64,000 bases of DNA. Source: an uncultured delta proteobacterium (GTDB lineage: Bacteria; Desulfobacterota; BSN033; UBA1163). Below, piece by piece: positions 8,951-17,413 of this stretch (position 1 is its first letter; the number at the start of each line of letters is the position of its first letter). Where the stretch lies: the NCBI GenBank assembly GCA_963827685.1, contig CAWHBU010000009.1:3357-67356 (forward strand), given 5' to 3'. The notes beneath the pieces were generated by a model that searched no databases, was not told where the DNA came from, and saw only the letters and a list, made by a program, of their open reading frames with translations. The translations under genes were made by a program, and so were the position numbers.

Positions 8951-9026
8951 TGGTGGAGCAGAGCGGGATCGAACCGCCGACCTGCACGTTGCGAACGTGC
9001 CGCTCTCCCAGCTGAGCTACTGCCCC
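8951..9026 (-). tRNA. tRNA-Ala, anticodon CGC, with encoded CCA
   Basis: The reverse complement is GGGGCAGTAGCTCAGCTGGGAGAGCGGCACGTTCGCAACGTGCAGGTCGGCGGTTCGATCCCGCTCTGCTCCACCA. It folds as a cloverleaf. The anticodon loop TTCGCAA gives CGC, and the G3:U70 Ala identity pair is present. Confidence 0.95.
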
Positions 9027-9111
9027 GGCATCAACAAAATCGTAAAGCGCATGGCGCATAGCGGATGGCAAAAATACATGCAACTCAAAGAATATTATCA
9101 ATACTCACCTT

Positions 9112-9468
9112 TCATGATGAGCCTAAAAGTTTTCGGATGGTGGATTTAAAAGCTGTCAAATCTGCGCACTTGACGACATAAGCATCCGAAGCCCAAGTGG
9201 TGAGGTCCTGTTTATACTCCCCATAGGCGGAACAGAGGATGACTGGAAGTTGTCTCTCCTTCTCTCGAATTCGTTTCAGGGCTTCAATTCCGTCCATCAC
9301 GGGCATCTTGATATCGAGGGAGATGAGGTCTGGTTTGAAGACAGGGAGCTTTTCAAGCGCTTCTTCCCCATTCCCGGCGCACTCCACAACGTACCCTTCC
9401 TCCTCTAACTCCTCCTTATAAAGGAAGCGTATGCTTTCTTCGTCGTCTACGACTAAAATCTTTTTCAT
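9112..9468 (-). CDS. Single-domain response regulator, CheY-like receiver
   Basis: 118 aa: MKKILVVDDEESIR...PDLISLDIKMPVMDG... Confidence 0.9.
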   Translation of the reverse strand: MKKILVVDDEESIRFLYKEELEEEGYVVECAGNGEEALEKLPVFKPDLISLDIKMPVMDGIEALKRIREKERQLPVILCSAYGEYKQDLTTWASDAYVVKCADLTAFKSTIRKLLGSS

Positions 9469-9544
9469 GAGGCTGCCTCCGCTCCTTTAGAAAGACGCTA
9501 AGCGCTTAGCCTGCCTACCGCAGGTAGGCGCTCTGCGTATAGCG

Positions 9545-11890
9545 TCAGGAGCTATTAATACGATTCCCTTTTCCTTTCTCGGAAGAGGGGAGAGTGATGA
9601 TGAAATTCACTCCCTTGCCTGGATGGTTGTCTACTTCGATCCGGCCCCGATGGGAAGTGATAATTCTGTGGACAATGGGCAAGCCCAAACCCAGACTGGA
9701 TTCCTTTGTGGAATAGAAGGGGTTGAAGATATTGTGGAGGTTTTCCGGATCGATCCCCTTGCCGGTATCTTCCACCTCCACTTTGATATAAGAGGAACCA
9801 TTCTTTGAAAAGGAATGGACTCGCAAGAAAAGGATTCCTTTCTCTTTCATCGCTTGGCAGGCATTATTGATCAGATTAAAGAAAGTCTGCTTTAATTGGT
9901 GCGAATCTCCCATGATCTTGGGGATCTCTTCTCCATACTCCTTGATGAGTTGAATCCCCCCTGAACGGATTCCCGCAGCTACCATGGAAAGGCTTTCTTC
10001 TAAGACATCCCGGAGATCCAATTCTTTAAAGACCAAGGATTCATCTCGGGTATACTTGAGGAGGTCGTTGAGAATCTTCTCAAGACGGCTGACCTCCTTG
10101 AAAATCGTCTGAGAGTATTTCTTCTCCTGAGATTCCTCCGGGAGGGTCCGATCCAGACGGCGTGCAAATCCACCGATGGAGGTGAGGGGGTTCTTGATCT
10201 CATGAGCGATAGTGGTAGACATTTCACCCAAAGCCACCATCTTTTCTAAATGAACCAAGAAAGTCTGGGTTTCTTTGAGCTCCTGATGGACTTCCTCCAA
10301 ATTTCGATAGAGGCTGGCGTTCTCAATGGCCAATCCGGCTTGGTTGGCGAACATGCTGAGAAAGTGAATGTCCTCCTCTGTAATGGGGTTTTGGTTGTAA
10401 AGGTTGTCCACCAGGATCACACCGATGACTTTTCCTTTTCCCATGAGAGGGACGGTGGCAAAAGAATAAATTCTGGGATCTCGACTGAGATGCTCACCCA
10501 CATAACATCCTACCTCTGAACCCAGATGGCAACCCCTTTCACATCGGGTTTTCAGCCATCCCTCTTCGGAGTGAGGAAGCTGGGTATTGAACGGCCGACC
10601 CTCAAGAACCGTACGCGAAAGAATACATTGTTCCTGTTCCAAAGGAATCTGAATTCCTTTGACAAGAGAGTTTAAGGTAGAGTGACCTTGAGGGTGGAGT
10701 TGATTGATTAGATCTGAAAGGGTCCCCTTCCTTTGAGCGAGAGAGGTCCAAACCTTTCCTGCCTCTTCAGCACTATCCGGTCCTACGGCCATGGTTCCTT
10801 CCAAAATATGATCTTTCTCATTGACCAGGAAGAGCATAGCTCGATTGAACTTCAGTCCTTCTCCGATCGTAATGGCGGTCAACGTTAAATGGAGGATCTG
10901 CTCAAAATTCACCGTGGTCAAAAGGGCTTTGTTGAGTTCCCAGAGGGTAGAAAGCTCTTTGACCCTTTTCTCATGCTTCTGTACCATTTCAGAAGTTTCA
11001 TAGTGAATCAAGGCGTTTTCAATGGCACAGGACATCTGATTCGTCATCATCGACAATCGTTGAAGGTCCTTATGATCGAATTTTGTAGAATCAGAATCCT
11101 TATCATAAAAGGCAAGGGTTCCCAAAGTTCTTCCCTTTGAGAGAAAAGGAGCACAGAGGAAGGAAAAGGAAGGTTTTTCTTCACCGGAGTGATTGAAGGA
11201 AAGAGGAGTTTGAGTATACAAGACCCTTCTGGCTATCTCCTCATCGAGAGGATTTTGATGATATTCTCCCACACTGCATCTGACTTTCAGCTCTCCGGTC
11301 CCTCTGTCCTCGACTCTCAGTACTCCTCCCCTGGCTTTTAGAATTTTTAAACCCGCTGCGATGATTAATTCAAAGAGGCTCTCCAGTTTCAACGTAGACG
11401 TCACTGTTTTTCCCATTTCATAGAGAGCGGTCAGTTCTGAAATACTTTCTTCCGCCTTTTGGTGGAGATCATCATTTCGAATCGCGCTTTCCATCGCCTC
11501 TCCAGTCAGCAAGAGGAGATCCACCTCTCGACGGGAAAACGTGGTGTGCCTTGAGAAACCAAGATAGAGGATTCCCTGGGAGGAGACCCCATCATACAAA
11601 GGAATACAGGCGAAGGTTGGGCAAAGGAGATCTTTCTCTTCTGAAAGGACATTTTCATTCTGAAAGGAAGATCCTTCACCTACCCATAAAGGTTTTTTAT
11701 CTAAGACCAGACGGTAAAGAAATCCATTTTTAATGATTTTTTCTGGGCTGAGGAGAAGACATCGATCCACTTGAAAAGTCTCTGAGATGGATTGAAGCAT
11801 CTGATCCAGTTTGATACGGATAGGAATCGATGAATTGGAAAGTTGGACCACCGATTTCAGAAGATCGTAGGTATTGAGTAGGTCGGGCAT
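9545..11890 (-). CDS. Multi-GAF sensor histidine kinase
   Basis: 781 aa. The H-box is HEIKNPLTSIGGFARRL. The HATPase N/G boxes are NLINNACQAM and DTGKGI...GLGLPIV. The N-terminal two thirds is GAF-like. Confidence 0.85.
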   Translation of the reverse strand: MPDLLNTYDLLKSVVQLSNSSIPIRIKLDQMLQSISETFQVDRCLLLSPEKIIKNGFLYRLVLDKKPLWVGEGSSFQNENVLSEEKDLLCPTFACIPLYDGVSSQGILYLGFSRHTTFSRREVDLLLLTGEAMESAIRNDDLHQKAEESISELTALYEMGKTVTSTLKLESLFELIIAAGLKILKARGGVLRVEDRGTGELKVRCSVGEYHQNPLDEEIARRVLYTQTPLSFNHSGEEKPSFSFLCAPFLSKGRTLGTLAFYDKDSDSTKFDHKDLQRLSMMTNQMSCAIENALIHYETSEMVQKHEKRVKELSTLWELNKALLTTVNFEQILHLTLTAITIGEGLKFNRAMLFLVNEKDHILEGTMAVGPDSAEEAGKVWTSLAQRKGTLSDLINQLHPQGHSTLNSLVKGIQIPLEQEQCILSRTVLEGRPFNTQLPHSEEGWLKTRCERGCHLGSEVGCYVGEHLSRDPRIYSFATVPLMGKGKVIGVILVDNLYNQNPITEEDIHFLSMFANQAGLAIENASLYRNLEEVHQELKETQTFLVHLEKMVALGEMSTTIAHEIKNPLTSIGGFARRLDRTLPEESQEKKYSQTIFKEVSRLEKILNDLLKYTRDESLVFKELDLRDVLEESLSMVAAGIRSGGIQLIKEYGEEIPKIMGDSHQLKQTFFNLINNACQAMKEKGILFLRVHSFSKNGSSYIKVEVEDTGKGIDPENLHNIFNPFYSTKESSLGLGLPIVHRIITSHRGRIEVDNHPGKGVNFIITLPSSEKGKGNRINSS

Positions 11891-11896
11891 AGAGAA

Positions 11897-12892
11897 TTAT
11901 TTCGCCTCTCTCATATACTCTGCTGCTTCCTCTGGAGGAGTGGGATTGATGTAAAACCCCGTCCCCCACTCGAATCCGGCCACCTTGGTCAACTTCGGCA
12001 TGATTTCAAAATGCCAATGGTAGTGCTCAGCATCCAATTCTGGAAATGAGGAAGTGTGGATAACATAGTTATAAGGAGGATCCGTGAGCACCCGATTTAT
12101 TCTCTGGAGGGTGTCGGAGAGGATCTGAGCTGCCGGTTCATATTGGGAAGACTCCATGTGCTCGAAACTGGGATGATGGGTTTTGGGAAGAATCCATGTT
12201 TCAAATGGAAATCGTGACGCAAAGGGGGCAATCGAAAGGAAGGATTTATTTTCGGTGATGACGCGGTGTTTCTGCTGGAGCTCTTGCCGAATGATATCGC
12301 AGAAGACACAGCGGTCTTTATAGTGGAAATAAGTTTTGGCTCCTTCAATCTCTTCGCTCACTCTTTTCGGGACGATGGGAAGGGCGATGATTTGAGAATG
12401 GGAATGTTCCAAAGAAGCTCCTGCTGCAATGCCGTGGTTTTTGAAGACAAGGACATATCGAAGACGCTGGTCACGCCTCAGATCGATGATCCGCTCGCGG
12501 TAGGCCAATAGGACATTCGCTACATTTTTTAGCGGTAAGGTGGTCAAGGTCTCCTCATGCCGAGGCGTTTCGATCACCACTTCATGGGCGCCAATGCCAT
12601 TCATCTTATCATAGATCCCTTCGCCTTCACGGTCTAGGTCTCCTTCTATTCTGAGGGCGGGGAACTTATTGGGGACAACGCGAAGGGTCCAACCGGGAGA
12701 GTTAGGAAGGGTTCCATTGTCTCGCAATGCAATAATCTCCGGAGGGGTTCGATCTTCATTCCCCTCGCAGAGGGGACAGAATCCACCCGCTGTTCTTCGC
12801 TCCTCGGCCGCAAAATCAGAGGGTCTTCGACTCCTCTCTGTGGAAATAATCACCCATCTTCCATGAATGGGGTCTTTTCTTAGCTCAGGCAT
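11897..12892 (-). CDS. galT: Galactose-1-phosphate uridylyltransferase family (HIT superfamily)
   Basis: 331 aa. Zn motif CPLCEGNE and active-site HSHSQIIA (H-x-H-x-Q). Confidence 0.8.
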   Translation of the reverse strand: MPELRKDPIHGRWVIISTERSRRPSDFAAEERRTAGGFCPLCEGNEDRTPPEIIALRDNGTLPNSPGWTLRVVPNKFPALRIEGDLDREGEGIYDKMNGIGAHEVVIETPRHEETLTTLPLKNVANVLLAYRERIIDLRRDQRLRYVLVFKNHGIAAGASLEHSHSQIIALPIVPKRVSEEIEGAKTYFHYKDRCVFCDIIRQELQQKHRVITENKSFLSIAPFASRFPFETWILPKTHHPSFEHMESSQYEPAAQILSDTLQRINRVLTDPPYNYVIHTSSFPELDAEHYHWHFEIMPKLTKVAGFEWGTGFYINPTPPEEAAEYMREAK

Positions 12893-12923
12893 AAAGGATT
12901 TTTCTTTCGAAGAGAACGGATGG

Positions 12924-13322
12924 CTAAGAGGGGAAACTTCTTTTAGACTTTTTCCCTCTTTGCCTCTCCATCTTTTCTTGATTCTCTCCTTCGGTTTTGC
13001 ATTCGATGCACAGCGTGGTAACCGGTCTGGCCATCAGCCTCTTTTCAGAAACAGACTTTCCACAGGACTCGCAAATCCCAAATGTTCCATGATCAATCCG
13101 ATCCAATGCCTCTTTGACTTTCATGATCAACTTTCTCTCACGGTCCTTAATTCTCAAAAGGAAATTCCGATCCGATTCCAAAGAGGCTCGATCTGTTGGG
13201 TCAGGGAAGTCCCCATTGCTGTCTTGCCGCATGTCACTACACGTCTTTCCGGCTTCCATTAATAGGTCGTGGAGCATTCCCTCGAGCAGTCCTTTAAAGT
13301 AGAGAAGCTTTTCCTGATCCAT
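12924..13322 (-). CDS. dksA: DksA/TraR-family C4 zinc-finger regulator
   Basis: 132 aa with CESCGKSV...LCIECK and an N-terminal coiled-coil. Confidence 0.85.
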   Translation of the reverse strand: MDQEKLLYFKGLLEGMLHDLLMEAGKTCSDMRQDSNGDFPDPTDRASLESDRNFLLRIKDRERKLIMKVKEALDRIDHGTFGICESCGKSVSEKRLMARPVTTLCIECKTEGENQEKMERQRGKKSKRSFPS

Positions 13323-13552
13323 TTAGACTCTCCTTATGGCTAACTCGGGCTCCTAAAAGGCAGGAGATATTACACAATCTAATCTTTTCATAATAATATA
13401 TCTTTTCAAATAAAATCAAATGATAAATGAGGCTTCTGATCCGTTTAGGAAACAAAATGGCAAGCAACGAGGTGCTCTTCCCCCTCGTCTAAGAATACGG
13501 GCTCTCCAGTTTCGCACCATTCAGTAGTATAAAATTGGATAATGTAAAGTAT

Positions 13553-14503
13553 TCAGTAATAAAGCACACAGCGGACGCGGTGGTCCTTAGAGACTTCGAC
13601 GAACTCGATATCGCCTTCTTTGCACATTGCGGTCACCTTAGGGCATCTGGACGCGAATCTGCAACCCGGGGGTGGGTCAGTGGGTGACGGAGGTTCTCCG
13701 GGGATGGGATTCAATCCCCGACGTTTTGCGCAATCAAGAGAAGGTATGGAGGAAAAAAGTGCTTGAGTGTAGGGATGCAAGGGGTTTGCGAAAAGCTCCT
13801 CAGTAGGTGCCTCCTCCATGACCTTTCCAATATACATGACGACAACCCTGTCCGCGATGTGGCGCACAACAGAAAGGTCATGAGCTATAAAAAGTAATGA
13901 AAGAGACAACCTCGCTTGTAATTCCTCCAGAAGGTTTATGATCTGCGCTTGTATAGAGACATCGAGCGCGGAAACAGGTTCATCGCAAACAAGGAACGAG
14001 GGGCCCACGGCAAGCGCACGTGCAATACCTATCCTCTGCCTCTGGCCGCCGGAGAATTCATGGGGATAGCGCGACGCATCGCTCTCGGAAAGCCCAACTG
14101 TTTCAAGAAGTCCACCCACTCTCTTTTCCCTTGATCTTTCTCCCATGATGGTCAGCCCCTCTCCGACTATGTCCGACACCGTCATCCTTGGATTGAGGGA
14201 GCCGAAGGGGTCCTGAAAAACGATCTGCATCCGCTTCCTGTATTCCCTGAGTTCCATCTGGCCCAAGCCTGAAATATCATTGTTTTCGAAGGTGATACTC
14301 CCAACCGTCGGGCGCAGGAGCCTTACGACGCACTTGCCGACTGTCGTTTTGCCGCAGCCCGACTCACCGACAAGCCCGAGAGTCTCCCCCTTGCCAATAG
14401 AGAACGTGACACCGTCGATAGCCTTCACGTAACCCGTGGTGCGGCGCAGGAACCCGCGTTTGACGGGAAAATACATTTTCAAATCTTTGACTTCAAGCAT
14501 CAT
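13553..14503 (-). CDS. Peptide/nickel ABC transporter ATP-binding protein, OppF/DppF-like
   Basis: Walker A GESGCGKTT, signature FSGGQRQR, Walker B FLVCDEPVSALD, and the C-terminal oligopeptide-type extension. I moved the start to MMLEVKDLK, which overlaps the upstream stop. Confidence 0.85.
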   Translation of the reverse strand: MMLEVKDLKMYFPVKRGFLRRTTGYVKAIDGVTFSIGKGETLGLVGESGCGKTTVGKCVVRLLRPTVGSITFENNDISGLGQMELREYRKRMQIVFQDPFGSLNPRMTVSDIVGEGLTIMGERSREKRVGGLLETVGLSESDASRYPHEFSGGQRQRIGIARALAVGPSFLVCDEPVSALDVSIQAQIINLLEELQARLSLSLLFIAHDLSVVRHIADRVVVMYIGKVMEEAPTEELFANPLHPYTQALFSSIPSLDCAKRRGLNPIPGEPPSPTDPPPGCRFASRCPKVTAMCKEGDIEFVEVSKDHRVRCVLYY

Positions 14504-15482
14504 GCCGATCCACCTCTCCTGCGCGGACCCAGCAGGCGCACCTGTGGCCGGCTGCGACTCTAACGAGCGGAGGCTCATCCACCCTGCATTTCTCTATTGC
14601 CAGCGGACAGCGCGGGTGGAACCTGCAACCCGGCGGGAACCTGAGAGCCGAAGGCACCATACCGGCTATTGTGTAGAGTTTGCGTCCCCTTCCGGTCCTC
14701 CCTGGCAGGCTTTTGAAAAGTCCTTCGGTGTATGGATGCAAGAAGGACGAAAAGATCGTTTCGCAGGGGCCGGATTCCACCACCTTGGCCGCATACATGA
14801 CTGCGACCTCGTCCGCCATCTCAGCCACTACGCCGAGATCGTGTGTGATCAGCAGGACTGCCATCCCTGACTCAGCCTGGAGGTCCGTTATCAGCCTGAG
14901 AATTCCGGCCTGTATGGTCACGTCGAGTGCTGTGGTCGGCTCATCGGCTATCAGCAGAGCGGGCTTAAGACATAAAGCCATGGCGATCATTACCCTCTGT
15001 TTCATTCCACCTGAAAGCTGATGTGGGTATTGAGACATCCTCTCGCGTGGTGTAGGTATTCCTACCTTTGCCAAATACTCCATTGCGATCTCTCGCGCCT
15101 TAGACTGCCCTATCTCCGTGTGTGTCCGCACAGCCTCCATAATCTGTGTCCCGATGGTGAAGACGGGATTGAGGCTCGTCATGGGCTCCTGAAATATCAT
15201 GGAAGCGAGCTTCCCACGTATATCACGCATTTCAATTTCAGGAAGGGACAGTATATCCCTGCCCGATAGAGTAATTTTTCCGCCGACTATCCTGCCGGGA
15301 GGCGAAGGTATCAGCCTCAGTATTGAAAGGGCCGTAACGGATTTTCCACACCCGGATTCTCCCACGAGTCCCAATATCTTATTCTTCTCGATACCGACAG
15401 AGACTCCGTCCACCGCCCTGGCAACCCCTTCACCGGTGAAAAAGTATGTCTTCAGATTCTCTATTTTTAATATCTCTTCCAC
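14493..15482 (-). CDS. Peptide/nickel ABC transporter ATP-binding protein, OppD/DppD-like
   Basis: [29 protein letters not shown]. Confidence 0.9.
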   Translation of the reverse strand: MEEILKIENLKTYFFTGEGVARAVDGVSVGIEKNKILGLVGESGCGKSVTALSILRLIPSPPGRIVGGKITLSGRDILSLPEIEMRDIRGKLASMIFQEPMTSLNPVFTIGTQIMEAVRTHTEIGQSKAREIAMEYLAKVGIPTPRERMSQYPHQLSGGMKQRVMIAMALCLKPALLIADEPTTALDVTIQAGILRLITDLQAESGMAVLLITHDLGVVAEMADEVAVMYAAKVVESGPCETIFSSFLHPYTEGLFKSLPGRTGRGRKLYTIAGMVPSALRFPPGCRFHPRCPLAIEKCRVDEPPLVRVAAGHRCACWVRAGEVDRHDA

Positions 15483-15483
15483 A

Positions 15484-16455
15484 TCACGCTCCCCTCAGGC
15501 GCGGATCGAGTGCATCTCTCAGAGCGTCGGCAAAAAGGTTAAAAGCCAGCACGAGAGCAAAGAGGAAGACCGACGCCCCTGTTAGGTTCCACCAGATGGC
15601 ATTAGGCAGCTCCCGGTCAGCCATCATGATCATTGTCCCCCAGCTTCCCGTCCCGGGTTCGACACCAATACCGATATAAGTGAGCACGGTTTCAGACATG
15701 ACGAGCGAAGAAAAATCGAGCGTCATTTCAATAATGATCAGATACATCACATTGGGCAGAATGTGCCTGAAGAGCAGGCGGAGATCGTTTGCCCCCAGTG
15801 CGCGCGCTGCCTCAACGTATTCCATGTTCTTTACCTTGAGCGTCTCTCCCCGGATGAGCCTGCAGAGCCCTACCCATGAAGTGACACCCAGCGCGACACA
15901 AAGCTGCCACAGACCTCTCTCCATCACCATGAGCATGGCAATGAGCAGGAGGATGCCCGGAATCGAAGAGAGAACCTGGTAAATATATTGAATCGTATCG
16001 TCTATCCAGCCTCCGTAGTAACCCGCCAGCAGTCCGAAAATGACAGCAAAAAATGCCGCGATCACCGAAGGAACGATGCCGATGATAAAAGCCGTCCGGA
16101 CACCCTTCAGCGCATTGTAAAGAACGTCTTCGCCGAGATTGTTCGTCCCAAGCAGGTGGTGCGACTTAAGCTGAAACTCCTTGCGGTTGAGAACACCACT
16201 CTTTGCCAGGGGCGGAGAATAAGATTTCTCCACCTCTTTTCCGAAGAGGGCGTCGAGTGCAGTCCGGTCCCACTTTACGCCGCCCATGTTTCGTTTTGAC
16301 AGGGGGATGGTGTCAAGAAGAGCGATGATCATAAAGAGACAAATGACACAAAATCCCACTACAGCAAGCTTGTCCCGTTTTATTTTTTTGACGGCTATCT
16401 TTAAATGTGATTCAGCCAAAGCCTTTTCCTTATTCGAATGCAACTCTGGGATCAA
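15484..16455 (-). CDS. Peptide ABC transporter permease, OppC/DppC-like
   Basis: 323 aa with multiple TM helices and an EAA-loop region EYVEAARALGANDLRLLFRHILPN. Confidence 0.85.
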   Translation of the reverse strand: MIPELHSNKEKALAESHLKIAVKKIKRDKLAVVGFCVICLFMIIALLDTIPLSKRNMGGVKWDRTALDALFGKEVEKSYSPPLAKSGVLNRKEFQLKSHHLLGTNNLGEDVLYNALKGVRTAFIIGIVPSVIAAFFAVIFGLLAGYYGGWIDDTIQYIYQVLSSIPGILLLIAMLMVMERGLWQLCVALGVTSWVGLCRLIRGETLKVKNMEYVEAARALGANDLRLLFRHILPNVMYLIIIEMTLDFSSLVMSETVLTYIGIGVEPGTGSWGTMIMMADRELPNAIWWNLTGASVFLFALVLAFNLFADALRDALDPRLRGA

Positions 16456-17413
16456 CCAGGGTGTAGCTTATATCCGTCAGGATGCTGCCCGCTATGTAAA
16501 GCAGAGAATAAATGTAGACCAACGTTCTTATGACGGGGTAATCATGGCTGTTTATGGCATTGAGCATCAGGTTGCCCATGCCGGGTATGCCGAAATACAT
16601 TTCCAGCAGGAGGCTCCCCGTGATCAGGAAAGGTATGGAAAGAACCGTCACCGTGAGTATGGGTATCATGGCATTCTTGAGCACGTGCTTGAAGAGCACC
16701 CCTTCCTCGCTTACTCCCTTGGCCATGGCGGTGCGGACATAATCGGCGCGTACTTCATTGAGCATGACCGTCCTGTAGAACCTCACCCCGCCCCCAAGCC
16801 CTGATGCGACGGCAAGGATCACAGGCAGGAGGACGAACTTCCACGCCCCTGCGCCGAATTCGTAGCCATAGATTGGAAAATATTTAAAGACAACAGCCAG
16901 AAGATACTGACCGAAAATGATGTAATTCAAAATAACAATACTCATGAACACGACACAGATGAGAAGCGCAAACCGGTCGAGATAGGTGCCCCGGTAATAG
17001 GCAATAAAAAGGGCGATGGGCAATGTGATGAGGATGGAGAGCAGAAAGGCGGGGATCGTTAGTGTCAGCGAAGGGCCGATCTTCTGCTTCAAGAGATCGC
17101 TTATCTTCTCATGCAGATAATCTGATTCGGGAAACCTGAAGAGCAGCAGCTCTGCCATTTGATTCCAGAACCGGCTGTCGAACGGATGGATGCTTCCGTC
17201 CTGGCTGCGCTTGAAATTGAAGAACATGGGCTTGTCCATGCCATGAGCCGTTACCCATGCTTTCACCTGAGCTTCTGTCGGATTTTTTCCGAGCTGTTTT
17301 CTTGCGATTGCCTCAGGAGACGCAAATATATTGAAGAGAAAGAACGTGACAAGGCATACCCCTAAGACAGTGGGAATGGCAAGCAGAAGTCTGCGTATGA
17401 TATATCGGATCAA
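16430..17413 (-). CDS. Peptide ABC transporter permease, OppB/DppB-like
   Basis: 327 aa. N-terminus MIRYIIRRLLLAIPTVLGV. EAA loop DYVRTAMAKGVSEEGVLFKHVLKNA. Confidence 0.85.
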   Translation of the reverse strand: MIRYIIRRLLLAIPTVLGVCLVTFFLFNIFASPEAIARKQLGKNPTEAQVKAWVTAHGMDKPMFFNFKRSQDGSIHPFDSRFWNQMAELLLFRFPESDYLHEKISDLLKQKIGPSLTLTIPAFLLSILITLPIALFIAYYRGTYLDRFALLICVVFMSIVILNYIIFGQYLLAVVFKYFPIYGYEFGAGAWKFVLLPVILAVASGLGGGVRFYRTVMLNEVRADYVRTAMAKGVSEEGVLFKHVLKNAMIPILTVTVLSIPFLITGSLLLEMYFGIPGMGNLMLNAINSHDYPVIRTLVYIYSLLYIAGSILTDISYTLVDPRVAFE

